The notes beneath the pieces were generated by a model. The model had not been told where the DNA came from and ran no database searches. It saw nothing but the letters and a program-made list of their open reading frames with translations. The translations under genes were made by a program, and so were the position numbers. From contig NW_021829898.1 in the NCBI RefSeq assembly GCF_006345805.1, positions 1 through 45,143 of the forward strand: 45,143 nt of DNA, in the 5' to 3' direction. Each line of letters begins with the position of its first letter. Within the stretch, counting starts at the first letter, position 1. Source of the stretch: Octopus sinensis (lineage: Eukaryota). Of the stretch, positions 23,901-35,976 are shown one piece after another.

Positions 23901-26900
23901 ATGTCTCCGAAAAAAAATTAGATTTGGACTACCTAAGCAATCTCAGCGTAGGAAAAGAGAAAGAGCTGAAGAAACCAAGAGACTGAGAGTAGATTCTGAA
24001 AGGCATGCAGTCTTACGAGCCTCACAAAGTCAAGAACGGGTAGAAAGAAGATGAAGATTAAATGCCCAACGAACTGCAGCAGCAAGGCTCTCTGAAACTC
24101 AAGATCAGGCTGAAGCAAGACGAAGATTAGAAGCTCAACGGACTGCAGCAGCTAGGCTCTCTGAAACTCAAGATCAGGCTGAAACAAGACGAAGATTAGA
24201 TGCTCAACGGACTGCAGCAGCAAGGCTCTCTGAAACTCAAGAACAGGCTGAAACAAGACGAAGATTAGATGCTCAACGGACCAGCAGCAGCAAGGCTCTC
24301 TGAAACTCAAGATCAGGCTGAAAAACAAGAACGAAGATTAGAAGCTCAACGGACTGCAGCAGCAAGGCTCTCTGAAACTCAAGAACAGGCTGAAACAAGA
24401 CGAAGATTAGATGCTCAACGGACTGCAGCAGCAAGGCTCTCTGAAACTCAAGAACAGGCTGAAACAAGACGAAGATTAGAAGCTCAACGGACTGCAGCAG
24501 CAAGGCTCTCTGAAACTCAAGATCAGGCTGAAACAAGACGAAGATTAGAAGCTCAACGGACTGCAGCAGCAAGGCTCTCTGAAACTCAAGATCAGGCTGA
24601 AACAAGACGAAGATTAGAAGCTCAACGGACTGCAGCAGCAAGGCTCTCTGAAACTCAAGATCAGGCTGAAACAAGACGAAGATTAGAAGCTCAACGGACT
24701 GCAGCAGCAAGGCTCTCTGAAACTCAAGAACAGGCTGAAACAAGACGAAGATTAGAAGCTCAACGGACTGCAGCAGCAAGGCTCTCTGAAACTCAAGAAC
24801 AGGCTGAAGCAAGACGAAGATTAGATGCTCAACGGACTGCAGCAGCAAGGCTCTCTGAAACTCAAGATCAGGCTGAAACAAGACGAAGATTAGAAGCTCA
24901 ACGGACTGCAGCAGCAAGGCTCTCTGAAACTCAAGATCAGGCTGAAACAAGACGAAGATTAGAAGCTCAACGGACTGCAGCAGCAAGGCTCTCTGAAACT
25001 CGAGATCAGGCTGAAACAAGACGAAGATTAGAAGCTCAACGGACTGCAGCAGCAAGGCTCTCTGAAACTCAAGAAAGGCTGATGAAACAAGACGAAGATT
25101 AAAAGCTCAACGGACTGCAGCAGCAAGGCTCTCTGAAACTCGAGATCAGGCTGAAACAAGACGAAGATTAGAAGCTCAACGGACTGCAGCAGCAAGGCTC
25201 TCTGAAACTCAAGATCAGGCTGAAACAAGACGAAGATTAGAAGCTCAACGGACTGCAGCAGCAAGGCTCTCTGAAACTCGAGATCAGGCTGAAACAAGAC
25301 GAAGATTAGAAGCTCAACGGACTGCAGCAGCAAGGCTCTCTGAAACTCGAGATCAGGCTGAAACAAGACGAAGATTAGAAGCTCAACGGACTGCAGCAGC
25401 AAGGCTCTCTGAAACTCAAGAACAGGCTGAAACAAGACGAAGATTAGAAGCTCAACGGACTGCAGCAGCAAGGCTCTCTGAAACTCGAGATCAGGCTGAA
25501 ACAAGACGAAGATTAGAAGCTCAACGGACTGCAGCAGCAAGGCTCTCTGAAACTCAAGATCAGGCTGAAACAAGACGAAGATTAGAAGCTCAACGGACTG
25601 CAGCAGCAAGGCTCTCTGAAACTCAAGATCAGGCTGAAACAAGACGAAGATTAGAAGCCCAACGGACTGCAGCAGCAAGGCTCTCTGAAACTCGAGATCA
25701 GGCTGAAACAAGACGAAGATTAGAAGCTCAACGGACTGCAGCAGCAAGGCTCTCTGAAACTCAAGATCAGGCTGAAACAAGACCAAGATTAGAAGCTCAA
25801 CGGACTGCAGCAGCAAGGCTCTCTGAAACTCAAGATCAGGCTGAAACAAGACGAAGATTAGAAGCTCAACGGACTGCAGCAGCAAGGCTCTCTGAAACTC
25901 GAGATCAGGCTGAAACAAGACGAAGATTAGAAGCTCAACGGACTGCAGCAGCAAGGCTCTCTGAAACTCAAGAACAGGCTGAAACAAGACGAAGATTAGA
26001 AGCTCAACGGACTGCAGCAGCAAGGCTCTCTGAAACTCGAGATCAGGCTGAAACAAGACGAAGATTAGAAGCTCAACGGACTGCAGCAGCTAGGCTCTCT
26101 GAAACTCCAGAACAGGCTGAAACAAGACGAAGATTAGAAGCTCAACGGACTGCAGCAGCAAGGCTCTCTGAAACTCAAGAACAGGCTGAAACAAGACGAA
26201 GATTAGAAGCTCAACGGACTGCAGCAGCAAGGCTCTCTGAAACTCAAGAACAGGCTGAAACAAGACGAAGATTAGAAGCTCAACGGACTGCAGCAGCAAG
26301 GCTCTCTGAAACTCAAGAAACAGCTGAAACAAGACGAAGATTAGAAGCTCAACGGACTGCAGCAGACAGGCTCTCTGAAACTCAAGAACAGGCTGTGTGA
26401 AACAAGACGAAGATTAGAAGCTCAACGGACTGCAGCAGCAAGGCTCTCTGAAACTCAAGAACAGGCTGAAACAAGACGAAGATTAGAAGCTCAACGGACT
26501 GCAGCAGCAAAGCTCTCTGAAACTCGAGATCAGGCTGTGAAACAAGACGAAGATTAGAAGCTCAACGGACTGCAGCAGCAAGGCTCTCTGAAACTCAAGA
26601 TCATGCTGAAACAAGACGAAGATTAGAAGCTCAACGGACTGCAGCAGCAAGGCTCTCTGAAACTCCAGAACAGGCTGAAACAAGACGAAGATTAGAAGCT
26701 CAACGGACTGCAGCAGCAAGGCTCTCTGAAACTGAGAACAGGCTGAAACAAGACGAAGATTAGAAGCTCAACGGATGCAGCAGCAAGGCTCTCTGAAACT
26801 CCAGAACAGGCTGAAACAAGACGAAGATTAGAAGCTCAACGGACTGCAGCAGCAAGGCTCTCTGAAACTGAAGAACAGGCTGAAACAAGACGAAGATTAG

Positions 26901-28433
26901 AAGCTCAACGGACTGCAGCAGCAAGGCTCTCTGAAACTCAAGAACAGGCTGAAACAAGACGAAGATTAGAAGCTCAACGGACTGCAGCAGCAAGGCTCTC
27001 TGAAACTCAAGAACAGGCTGAAACAAGACGAAGATTAGAAGCTCAACGGACTGCAGCAGCAAGGCTCTCTGAAACTCAAGAAAGGGTGTGAAACAAACGA
27101 AACGAAGAAGATTAGAAGCTCAACGGACTGCAGCAGCAAGGCTCTCTGAAACTCAAGAACAGGCTGAAACAAGACGAAGATTAGAAGCTCAACGGACTGC
27201 AGCAGCAAAGCTCTCTGAAACTCGAGATCAGGCTGAAACAAGACGAAGATTAGAAGCTCAACGGACTGCAGCAGCAAGGCTCTCTGAAACTCAAGATCAG
27301 GCTGAAACAAGACGAAGATTAGAAGCTCAACGGACTGCAGCAGCAAGGCTCTCTGAAACTCGAGATCAGGCTGAAACAAGACGAAGATTAGAAGCTCAAC
27401 GGACTGCAGCAGCAAGGCTCTCTGAAACTCGAGATCAGGCTGAAACAAGACGAAGATTAGAAGCTCAACGGACTGCAGCAGCAAGGCTCTCTGAAACTCG
27501 AGATCAGGCTGATGAAACAAGACGAAGATTAGATGCTCAACGGATTGCAGCAGCAAGCGCTCTGAATCTCAAGATCAGGCTTGAAACAAGACGAAGATTA
27601 GAAGCTCAACGGACTGCAGCAGCAAGGCTCTCTGAAACTCGAGATCAGGCTGAAACAAGACGAAGATTAGAAGCTCAACGGACTGCAGCAGCAAGGCTCT
27701 CTGAAACTCGAGATCAGGCTGCAACAAGACGAAGATTAGATGCTCAACGGATTGCAGCAGCAAGGCTCTCTGAAACTCGAGATCAGGCTGAAACAAGACG
27801 AAGATTAGAAGCTCAACGGACTGCAGCAGCAAGGCTCTCTGAATCTCAAGATCAGGCTGAAACAAGACGAAGATTAGAAGCTCAACGGACTGCAGCAGCA
27901 AGGCTCTCTGAAACTCAAGATCAGACTGAAACAGCAGCAACAAGGCAGTCTGAAACTCCAGAAGTAAACGGGGAGAGTGAGAATGAATACTCGAGGGACT
28001 GCACCAACCAGGCAACTTGTAACTCAGGGCGAGCTCAACACTAGGAGGATAACAGACAGATTAAGGCATCAATAATTTAGACTACGTCCTTTTCCAACTG
28101 AAGATTGGAAAATGGCTGCATTCAATTATAATCCTAATTATGCATATAATTCGCAAGACATTGTTACGATAGGATCCATGTTATTACTCTGTGATTACTG
28201 CCAAGAAATGGATCCATGAACCCCCAGGTATGTGTTGTAGTAATGGAAAGACTCGATTACCACTTCTTACTGGTCCACCACAACCATTAAAAGATCTCCT
28301 ATTGGGCTCAAATCCAGAATCAAAACACTTTTTTGCAAAACACAGCGTTATAATAATGCATTCATGATAACATCCTTTGGTGCAAATATAGTAAGCGAAA
28401 GAATTGGAAGATTATTGCCATTACAGCATGAGG
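23901..28433 (+). mobile_element. Helitron RepHel 5' remnant (disrupted ORF): N-terminal repeat array plus zinc-finger-like domain
   Basis: ATG at 23901 (MSPKK+1A/IRFGLPKQSQRRKRER..); after the array EDWKMAAFNYNPNYAY..VTIGSMLLLCDYC..EPPGMCCSNGKTRLPLLTGPPQPLKDLLLG..SKHF..RYNNAFMITSFGA..IGRLLP, the conserved Helitron N-terminal motif series; no Rep or helicase core present. Confidence 0.85.
24051..27960 (+). repeat. 69-bp coding minisatellite, about 56-57 units, unit peptide ETQDQAETRRRLEAQRTAAARLS
   Basis: cgaagattag recurs at 24121 and 24190 (period 69); sporadic 1-3 bp indels shift the frame. Confidence 0.97.
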
Positions 28434-28603
28434 ATATATATATATATACATATATATAAATTAGAAAAATTAAATTGCCATGATATCAGTTCAGGAGATT
28501 TATATGTTTTTCAAAGAAAATTCATTCACATGGTGCTGGGAGCTGGTTTCTGGTTTCCTTCGGATTCCTGCTAGGTCGTAGTAGTAGCCTTGCTGCTATG
28601 ACC

Positions 28604-28801
28604 CAGACAGACAAACTGACAGACAGACAGAAAGACAGACAGACAGGCAGGCAGGCAGACAGGCAGACAGGCAGATAGGCAGGTAGATAGGTAGATTGAT
28701 AGATAGATGGATGGAGAAATGGACAGACAAAGAGAGAGAAAGAAAGAAAGAAAGAAAGAAAGAAAGTTAGATAGACAGACAGACAGACAGACAGACTGAC
28801 T

Positions 28802-28848
<47 letters not shown>

Positions 28849-28912
28849 GGATGGATGGATGGATGGACGGACGGACGGACGGACGGACGGATAGACAGAC
28901 AGACAGACAGAC
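28604..28912. repeat. Compound (CAGA)/(CAGG)/(GATA)/(GAAA)/(GGAC) tetranucleotide array
   Basis: Direct reading. Confidence 0.9.
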
Positions 28913-29229
28913 TGTTCGTTAGTGCCACATGAAGAATTGAAATTTCGATGCAACAGTCTATTTTGAGCTCTTCTGCATTCCAAAGGAGAGATAGTGATTT
29001 GTTTTAATTATATTTTTTTGCTAGATCAGTTTAATTAAATTTTAAAAGTCAAAGATTTTGAATTCAGTATAAAAATTCCAATTTGATGCAAGGAATTCTG
29101 AGAGTAATTTAATAATTAGTTAATATTTCAATGTCTTCCCCTTCCCAGTTCCCCAGTACCTTTCAACGTCTATATGTGTGTGTGTGTTTGTGTGTTTGTG
29201 TGTGTGTGTGTCTGTGGGTGTGTCTGTGT

Positions 29230-29375
29230 GATTAGAAGCTTGCTTTCCAAACACATGGTTCAGAGTTCAGTCCCATTGTGTGGTATCTTAGGCAAGTTTC
29301 TTCTACTATAACCTCGAGCCGACCAAAGCCTTGTGAGTGGATTTGGTAGACGGAAACTGAAAGAAGCCTGTTGTA
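29230..29375 (+). mobile_element. SINE family B, 5' half
   Basis: gcttgctttccaaacacatggttc..ggcaag..cttctactata.cctcgagccgaccaaagccttgtgagtggatttggtagacggaaactgaaagaagcc. Confidence 0.8.
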
Positions 29376-29442
29376 TATATATATATATATATATAGATCA
29401 ATAAATGGTGGGGTTGTGTTGACCGCACGTGGAGAAATGATA

Positions 29443-29604
29443 AGTAAGGAAAAATTTTTTTAAAAAAGCAGAATGCTCAAATGAAAGAAAATTTTAATAA
29501 AATGAGAAAATGATAAAATATATATTTATATATTTTATCATTCTCATTTTATTAAAATTTTCTTTCATTTGAGCATTCTGCTTTTTTAAAAAAATTTTCC
29601 TTAC

Positions 29605-29605
<1 letters not shown>
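29443..29605. repeat. ~163-bp near-perfect palindrome (arms about 80 bp)
   Basis: agtaaggaaaaattt..gcagaatgctcaaatgaaagaaaattttaataaaatgaga..|..tctcattttattaaaattttctttcatttgagcattctgc..ttccttact. Confidence 0.93.
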
Positions 29606-29657
<52 letters not shown>

Positions 29658-29659
29658 CA

Positions 29660-30310
29660 AAAAAAATGGGACAAGAACGCAAAACATCCAGACAGTTAGG
29701 TAATACAAAAAAGGGGACAACAAAACATTCAGATAGACGATACAAAGAAAACAAGGACGGGTCATTCGGAGTTTTCTTTCCTCAGTCGAGTTCCAGATTA
29801 TCTTTGCAATTTCGGCTGGTTATACTCGAAATTGCTTTAATCTGGCCATCCCCAAGGAAAAGAGCATTAGATTCCTTGGAAGAAAGCAACAAATGTATAC
29901 GAAAACACGGACGGAAAAAAACGGAGAATGTTACAGAAATACAAATAACAGGACATAACAACAGGTGTCTTTCGACTAAGGACGAATTAAATTAAACTGG
30001 CTTGTGTGGAAATAAAGCCTTACGGCAGGGATACACGTTTTGACGAGCACAGGGGGGAATATAGATGTTGCACGGACGACGGCCGAACCAAGAAAGAACA
30101 GGCTTGGCCGAACACCGGTCACGTGGGGAAAGAAGAAAAGAGGTAGAGGCAGAGGGACAGAAGAATTAAGGAGGGGAGAGAAAAATGACAGGGACACAGT
30201 GAAGTGAAAAGAGGAGAAAAGTGAGCAAGAAGAGAAGGCAGGGAAATGTGAGAGAGGGAGAACGAAAGAACGAAGAGTGGAAAGTTTGATACGCTGACAG
30301 TCACCATCCA
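29660..30310. repeat. Unclassified interspersed-repeat-like purine-rich segment
   Basis: Follows an (AT)n tract and contains a 9-bp hairpin gcaatttcg/cgaaattgc (29806-29835). Single copy in the window, so the class is not supported. Confidence 0.25.
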
Positions 30311-31063
30311 ACTCAGTGTTTAATCCGAGAATGTAACAAATGGAAAAGCCAAATAAAGACTACAAACGTTTCATAGCTAAAACAATGTGTGTTACATAAC
30401 TTGTAACACACAAAACCTACTTAGCTAATTTTCAAGCCCATTTACTTTCAAAGTGTTCTCTTGGATATGTGTTCAAGGTGTTCAAGGTGTCGCATGGATA
30501 TGAGTAAATGATTCCATTTAGCAAGTGAAATATAGCAAGTCGAAAAAGAAAAAATGAAAATCAAATGACCAATGAAATAAATTGTTAGTAAGTCGCCCTA
30601 AAAAGAAATAAGATGGTTATGTACATGGACGTCATTTGACCGAAAGAGAAAGTTGCTAGGTGGTGGAGTAGGATATGCAGGGAGGAATAAAGAGAATTTA
30701 AGATATGAAAACTTCAGGCGAAGTAATAAACTTCCTTTAGACTCTGGCGTCGGGTAAATAGTAGGAGACCAAAAAACCTTTAGCACACTGTATGTGCATC
30801 ATGTCACTGTAGGAGTTTTCTCCCCTGTAGTAACAGGGCAGTGGCAGGGAAATAATTCTAGAGAAAATGCAGAGTGCTAAGGATTAGCTGAGCAATAAGC
30901 ATGACAGCTAACAGATAAATTAATGGAACACCCTAACAAGGATTAAATAAACTCCGCCTATAGGTTGTACGTGAGAAAATATATATATTATATATATGTA
31001 TGTATATATATATATGTGTGTGTGAATGTGTGTGTTGTGTGTGTGTGTGTGTGTGTGTGTGTA

Positions 31064-31460
31064 CAGTAGTGCCTCGATATACGAGTTGATTTGTTCCCGG
31101 AGACCGCTCATAAAGCAGAGCAATAATTTCCTATAATAGCAATGTTATAAATCGTAATTCGTTCCAAGAAAAATATTTTACCGATAAAATTTATAATACT
31201 CGTAAATAAATGGCAATAAAACAACAACTGTAGAATGTAAAAAAAAACATTCTATGCAGAGTAAATGGAATGTCAAGATCATTTATAATAAAAAGTATTA
31301 TTATTATTACAATCGTTTTTCTGAATCGCTTTCAGTCGCGCTAGACTCGCACACACTTCATTTGCAGACGTAATTGCCGATTCACAAGCACTTGTAGACA
31401 GACTTGTACGTTTCTTTTTAAAATGCAAGTCTAGCGTTGTTTGCTTAGAAAATTTCTTTT
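31064..31460 (-). mobile_element. Tigger/pogo-derived element, 3' end fragment
   Basis: TA-CAGTAGTGCCTCGATATACGAG TIR; peptide KQTTLDLHFKKK..TSLSTSACESAI; homologous to 4678-5050. Confidence 0.7.
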
Positions 31461-31590
31461 TTTTTTCCAACCTTGTTTCGCATTTATGTGCTTACTCTGA
31501 TACATATATACATATTTGTACACCACCTGCCATCGTCTTTTGTTTTTTCGTAAACTTTCCCTATACATATATGTGTGTGTGTGTGTGTGT

Positions 31591-31622
<32 letters not shown>

Positions 31623-31808
31623 TGTGTGTGTTTGAGTGTGTGTGCGTGTGTATGCGTAAACGAGGATAAAAAAGATGAGGAAAAATGAAACAGATAAGTA
31701 AGACAATAAGATTAAAAATAAAGCCATTTTAGCTAATACTGAATAACTGCGGTTTGGGGAAATATATATAAAGAAGTAAGGAAGGTACGCCGAATATATC
31801 TCTCTTTC

Positions 31809-32023
31809 TCTCTTTTACTTGTTTCAGTCATTTTGACTGCGGCCATGCTGGAGCACCGCCTTTAGTGGAGCAAATCGACCCCGGGACTTATTCTTTGTAA
31901 GCCCAGTACTTATTCTATCGGTCTCTTTTGCCGAACCGCTAAGTTACGGGGACGTAAACACACCAGCACCGGTTGTCAAGCGATGCTAGGGAGACAAACA
32001 CAGCAGACACACACACAAAACAT

Positions 32024-32074
<51 letters not shown>

Positions 32075-32239
32075 TACGACAGGCTTCTTTCAGTTTCCGT
32101 CTACCAAATCCACTCACAAGGCGTTGGTCGGCCCGGGGCTATAGTAGAAGACACTTGCCCAAGATGCCACGCAGTGCGACTGAACCCGGGACCATGTGGT
32201 TGGTTAGCAAGCTACTTACCACACAGCCACTCCTACGCC
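31809..32239 (-). mobile_element. Full-length SINE family B with an internal (CA)/(TA) tract
   Basis: Reverse complement of 35044-35460. Confidence 0.9.
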
Positions 32240-32454
32240 ATATGTAAATCATGTACCAAATTTTAAAATTTATAGTTATCTTTTAAAAGGAAGTATATAC
32301 GCAAGCAAACATGAATACAAACACACATAAATATAAATACATATATATTGAAATACGTGTGTGTACGTATGTGCGTATGTGTGTGTGTGTGTGCATACGT
32401 ACACACACACACACAAACAAGAACCTACACGAATATATATATATATATATTTAT

Positions 32455-32665
32455 ACAAATATGTGTGGAGCTGTGTTTGTCCTCCCACCATCGCTTGACA
32501 ACCGATGTTGGTGTGTTTGTGTCCCCCGTAACATAGCGGCTCGGCATAACGGACCGATAGAATAAGTACTAGGCTTACAAAGAATAAGTCCTGGGTTCGA
32601 TTTGTTCGACTAAATGCGGTGCTCCAGCAAGGTCGCAGTCAAATTACTGAAACAAGTAAAAGAAT
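32455..32665 (+). mobile_element. SINE family B, 3' half
   Basis: ccatcgcttgacaaccgatgttggtgtgttt..aagaataagtcctggg.tcgatttg.. Confidence 0.8.
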
Positions 32666-32700
32666 ATAAGAAGATATATATATATTATATATATAATATA

Positions 32701-32731
<31 letters not shown>

Positions 32732-32743
32732 ATAATATATATA

Positions 32744-32775
<32 letters not shown>

Positions 32776-32812
32776 CATACATATATAGATACAGCATATA
32801 TATATATATATA

Positions 32813-33015
32813 TAACGGGAAGCTTATGAAAATAGACAAAAGACGAAGGCAGGTTTAGGGAAATAAACAAAAGACGAAGGCAGATGGAATACAAACAAAC
32901 AATTGTATTAGTATGGCGCTCAAGAAATATAAATAAAACAAGTCTTTAACGTTTCGAGCCTACGCTCTTCAACAGAAAGATACACAGAGAAAAAACACAG
33001 AAAGAAGGAGAGAAA

Positions 33016-33020
<5 letters not shown>
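32813..33020 (-). mobile_element. Penelope-like terminal-repeat remnant with a minimal hammerhead-like motif (32943-32980)
   Basis: Reverse complement reads TCTTT-CTGTTGA-A-GAGC(gtag)GCTC-GAAA-CGTT-AAAGA: perfect stems I and II, palindromic AACGTT, core A6U. Confidence 0.65.
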
Positions 33021-33061
<41 letters not shown>

Positions 33062-33141
33062 CGGAGTAAGCACATGAATGTGAAACAACGTGGAAAAAAA
33101 GAGTACTCAAATACCAGAGGTAGAGTAATATGCGTTATTTA

Positions 33142-33279
33142 AAAGCAGCAGAAATATAACAAAAGCTGTTACTCAGAGTTCACGTTCCTGTTCGTCGGAC
33201 AGTTTTTTTTAACAAAACTGTCCGACGAACGGGAACGTTAAACTCTGAGTAACAGCTTTTGCTATATTTCTGCTGCTTT
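33142..33279. repeat. ~138-bp palindrome whose arms are inverted hammerhead-like motifs
   Basis: aaagcagcagaaatataacaaaagctgttactcagagtt.cacgttcc.gttcgtcggacagttt is mirrored by aaactgtccgacgaacgggaacgt.aaactctgagtaacagcttttg.tatatttctgctgcttt. Confidence 0.9.
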
Positions 33280-33287
33280 CACATATA

Positions 33288-33382
<95 letters not shown>

Positions 33383-33448
33383 GCATACACATAGTCACAC
33401 AGATACATAAAAGCACAAACATGTAGACGCGTATATATGTGTCTGTGC

Positions 33449-33499
<51 letters not shown>

Positions 33500-34044
33500 T
33501 GTGTGTGTGTGTGTTTCTTAAATATTGTCTCACAGGAAATACTACTTTGTTAATTGCTTGCTGTCTCCCCAGAGCAATTTACACAAGATGTCCTCACCTC
33601 GAAGGATTCAATCTTGTATCTACTTACCCCTCCCATTTTTCTACTTTCACTTTCTATGCTTAAACCGACAGTGTTGCACCGTCACCTCTAACCTCTTCCA
33701 TAGTTGTATCACCACCCAACATCACCGATTTACGCTTCTAACACATCATCTACACGCAAAGTCAGCTCGTTCGTTATTATCTCCATGACATCTGCATTCT
33801 TGGTAAACAGCAAACACCTACGGAATTTACTGTAATGGTCACTCACTTGACAGCTTCGTTTCTGTCTCAACCGACAAAACAACGTTTGCGATACAAATAC
33901 TTTAATCTGTTCTTGAGATTCCTGTACAAGAAAGTAATTCGCTGTTTATGCTTCGAGGCCTAACTTATGTTAAATGACGTAACAACGAGAACAAAAACAA
34001 TACTGATGATTTCAAATTAATAATAACAATGTTTTCACTTTATT

Positions 34045-34082
<38 letters not shown>

Positions 34083-34084
<2 letters not shown>

Positions 34085-34803
34085 GTTGCAAATTTTTGCC
34101 ACAAAGGCAACAATTTAGGGGGAGGGGATGAGTCGATTACATCGACCCCAGTGCTCAACTGGTACTTAATTTATCGACCCTGAATGGATGAAAGGCAAAG
34201 TCGACCTCAGCGAAATTTGAACTCAGAACGTAGTGACAGGAGAAATACCTATTTCTTTACTACCCACAAGGGGTTAAACACAGAGGGGACAAATAAGGAC
34301 AGACAAAACGATTAAGTCGATTACATCGACCCCTAGTGCGTAACTGGTACTTATTTAATCGTCCCCGAAAGGATGAAAGGCAAAGTCGACCTCTGCGAAA
34401 TTTGAACTCAAAACGTAGCGACAGGCGAAATACCTATTTCTTTACTACCCACAAGGAGCTAAACAAAGAGAGGACAAACAAGGACAGACGAAGGGATTAA
34501 GTCGATTATATCGACCCCAGTGCGTAACTGGTACTTATTTAATCGTCCCCGAAAGGATGAAAGGCAAAGTCGACCTCGGCGGAATTTGAACTCAGAACGT
34601 TGCCACCGGCGAAATACCGATAAGCGTTTCGTCCGGCGCGATTAGATCACCATCAGTGTTCAACTGGTACTTATCTTACTGACTCCAAAATGATGATGGG
34701 CAAAGTCAACCTCGGCGGAATTTGAACTCAGAACGTAAAGACAGACGAAATGTTGCTAAGCATTTCGCCCGGCGTACTAACGATTCCGTCAGCTCGCCGC
34801 CTT
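34083..34803 (-). mobile_element. SINE family A concatemer (about 4 units)
   Basis: Four aaggcaaagtcgacctc/gggcaaagtcaacctc blocks, two gaaatacctatttctttactacccacaagg junctions; head gctcgccgcctt at ~34792-34803. Confidence 0.85.
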
Positions 34804-34948
34804 ACAATTATAATAATCAGGTTTCCAATTGTGCCACAAGGGCAGAAATTTTGGGGGAGAGGACTAGTGGATTACATGAACTCCATTATTTTATTGCTAC
34901 TTAATTTATCGAATCCGAAAGGATGAAAGAGAAATTCGACCTCGGCTG

Positions 34949-35038
<90 letters not shown>

Positions 35039-35043
35039 AGAGA

Positions 35044-35460
35044 GGCGTAGGAGTGGCTGTGTGGTAAGTAGCTTGCTTACCAACCACATGGTTCCGAGTT
35101 CAATCCCACTGCGTGGCACCTTGGGCAAGTGTCTTCTACTATAGCTTCGGACCGACCAAAACCTTGTGAGTGGATTTGGTAGACGGAAACTGAAAGAAGC
35201 CTGTCGTATATATGCATATATATATATATATGTATGTGTGTGTATCTGTTTGTGTGTCTGTGTTCGTCCCCACCAACATCGCTTGACAACCGATGCTGGT
35301 GTGTTTACGTCCGCGTAACTTAGCGGTTCGGCAAAAGAGACCAGTAAAATAAGTGCTAGGCCGACAAAGAATAAGTCCCGGGGTCGATTTGGTCGACTGA
35401 AGGCTGTGCTCCAGCATGGCCACAGTCAAATGACTGAAACAAGTGAAAGAGTAAAAGAGT
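35044..35460 (+). mobile_element. Full-length tRNA-derived SINE family B
   Basis: A-box tggctgtgtggtaag, B-box gagttcaatccc, internal (TA)/(TG) tract, tail ..actgaaacaagt.aaagagtaaaagagt. Confidence 0.9.
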
Positions 35461-35585
35461 ATATAGACATAGACTTAGATACAGACACACTACCTCGCCC
35501 TTGTAAATAGAAAGCGTAATTGCATCTACACAGTCTTGCGAGGCAGACTCGCCATACAAGGCTAGCCATGAATGGCCATAGTGGA

Positions 35586-35976
35586 TGGAAGCACTCCGTC
35601 GGTTACGACGACGAGGGTTCCGGTTGATCCGAATCAACGGAACAGCCTGCTCGTGAAATTAACGTGTAAGTGGCTGAGCACTCCACAGACACGTGTACCC
35701 TTAACGTAGTTCTCGGGGATATTCAGCGTGACACAGAGTGACAAGGCCGGCCCTTTGAAATACAGGTACAACAGAAACAGGAAGTAAGAGTGAGAGAAAG
35801 TTGTGGTGAAAGAGTACAGCAGGGATCACCACCATCCCTGCCGGAGCCTCGTGGAGCTTCGTGAAGCTTTAGGTGTTTTCGCTCAATAAACACTCACAAC
35901 GCCCGGTCTGGGAATCGAAACCGCGATCCTATGACCGCGAGTCCGCTGCTCTAACCACTGGGCCATTGCGCCTCCA
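35586..35976 (-). mobile_element. tRNA-derived SINE (family D)
   Basis: Reverse-complement head tggaggcgcaatggcccagtggttagagcagcggactcgcggtcataggatcgcggtttcgattccc; head shared with 41835-42032, 3' part shared with family E. Confidence 0.85.

Noticed and set aside
24051-27960. CRISPR-like array
   Set aside because: Units are contiguous and near-identical with no unique spacers, the context is eukaryotic, and the repeat is in frame with a Helitron ORF
24273-28015. Long antisense ORFs (LLQSVELLIFVLFQPDLEFQRA repeats)
   Set aside because: They follow automatically from a stop-free 69-bp unit; the sense frame links to Helitron motifs
13711-28517. 19/21-nt match (DLYxFQR) between 13711-13731 and 28497-28517
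   Set aside because: In AT-rich 45-kb sequence a match of this quality is expected by chance, and the flanks do not align convincingly
29750-29840. Hammerhead candidate on the minus strand (CTGAGGA..CGAA..GTC)
   Set aside because: No stem II and no stem I pairing could be built
30590-30860. Possible GPCR-like coding remnant (similarly 33740-33960)
   Set aside because: Multiple stops and no diagnostic motif; resemblance is only compositional
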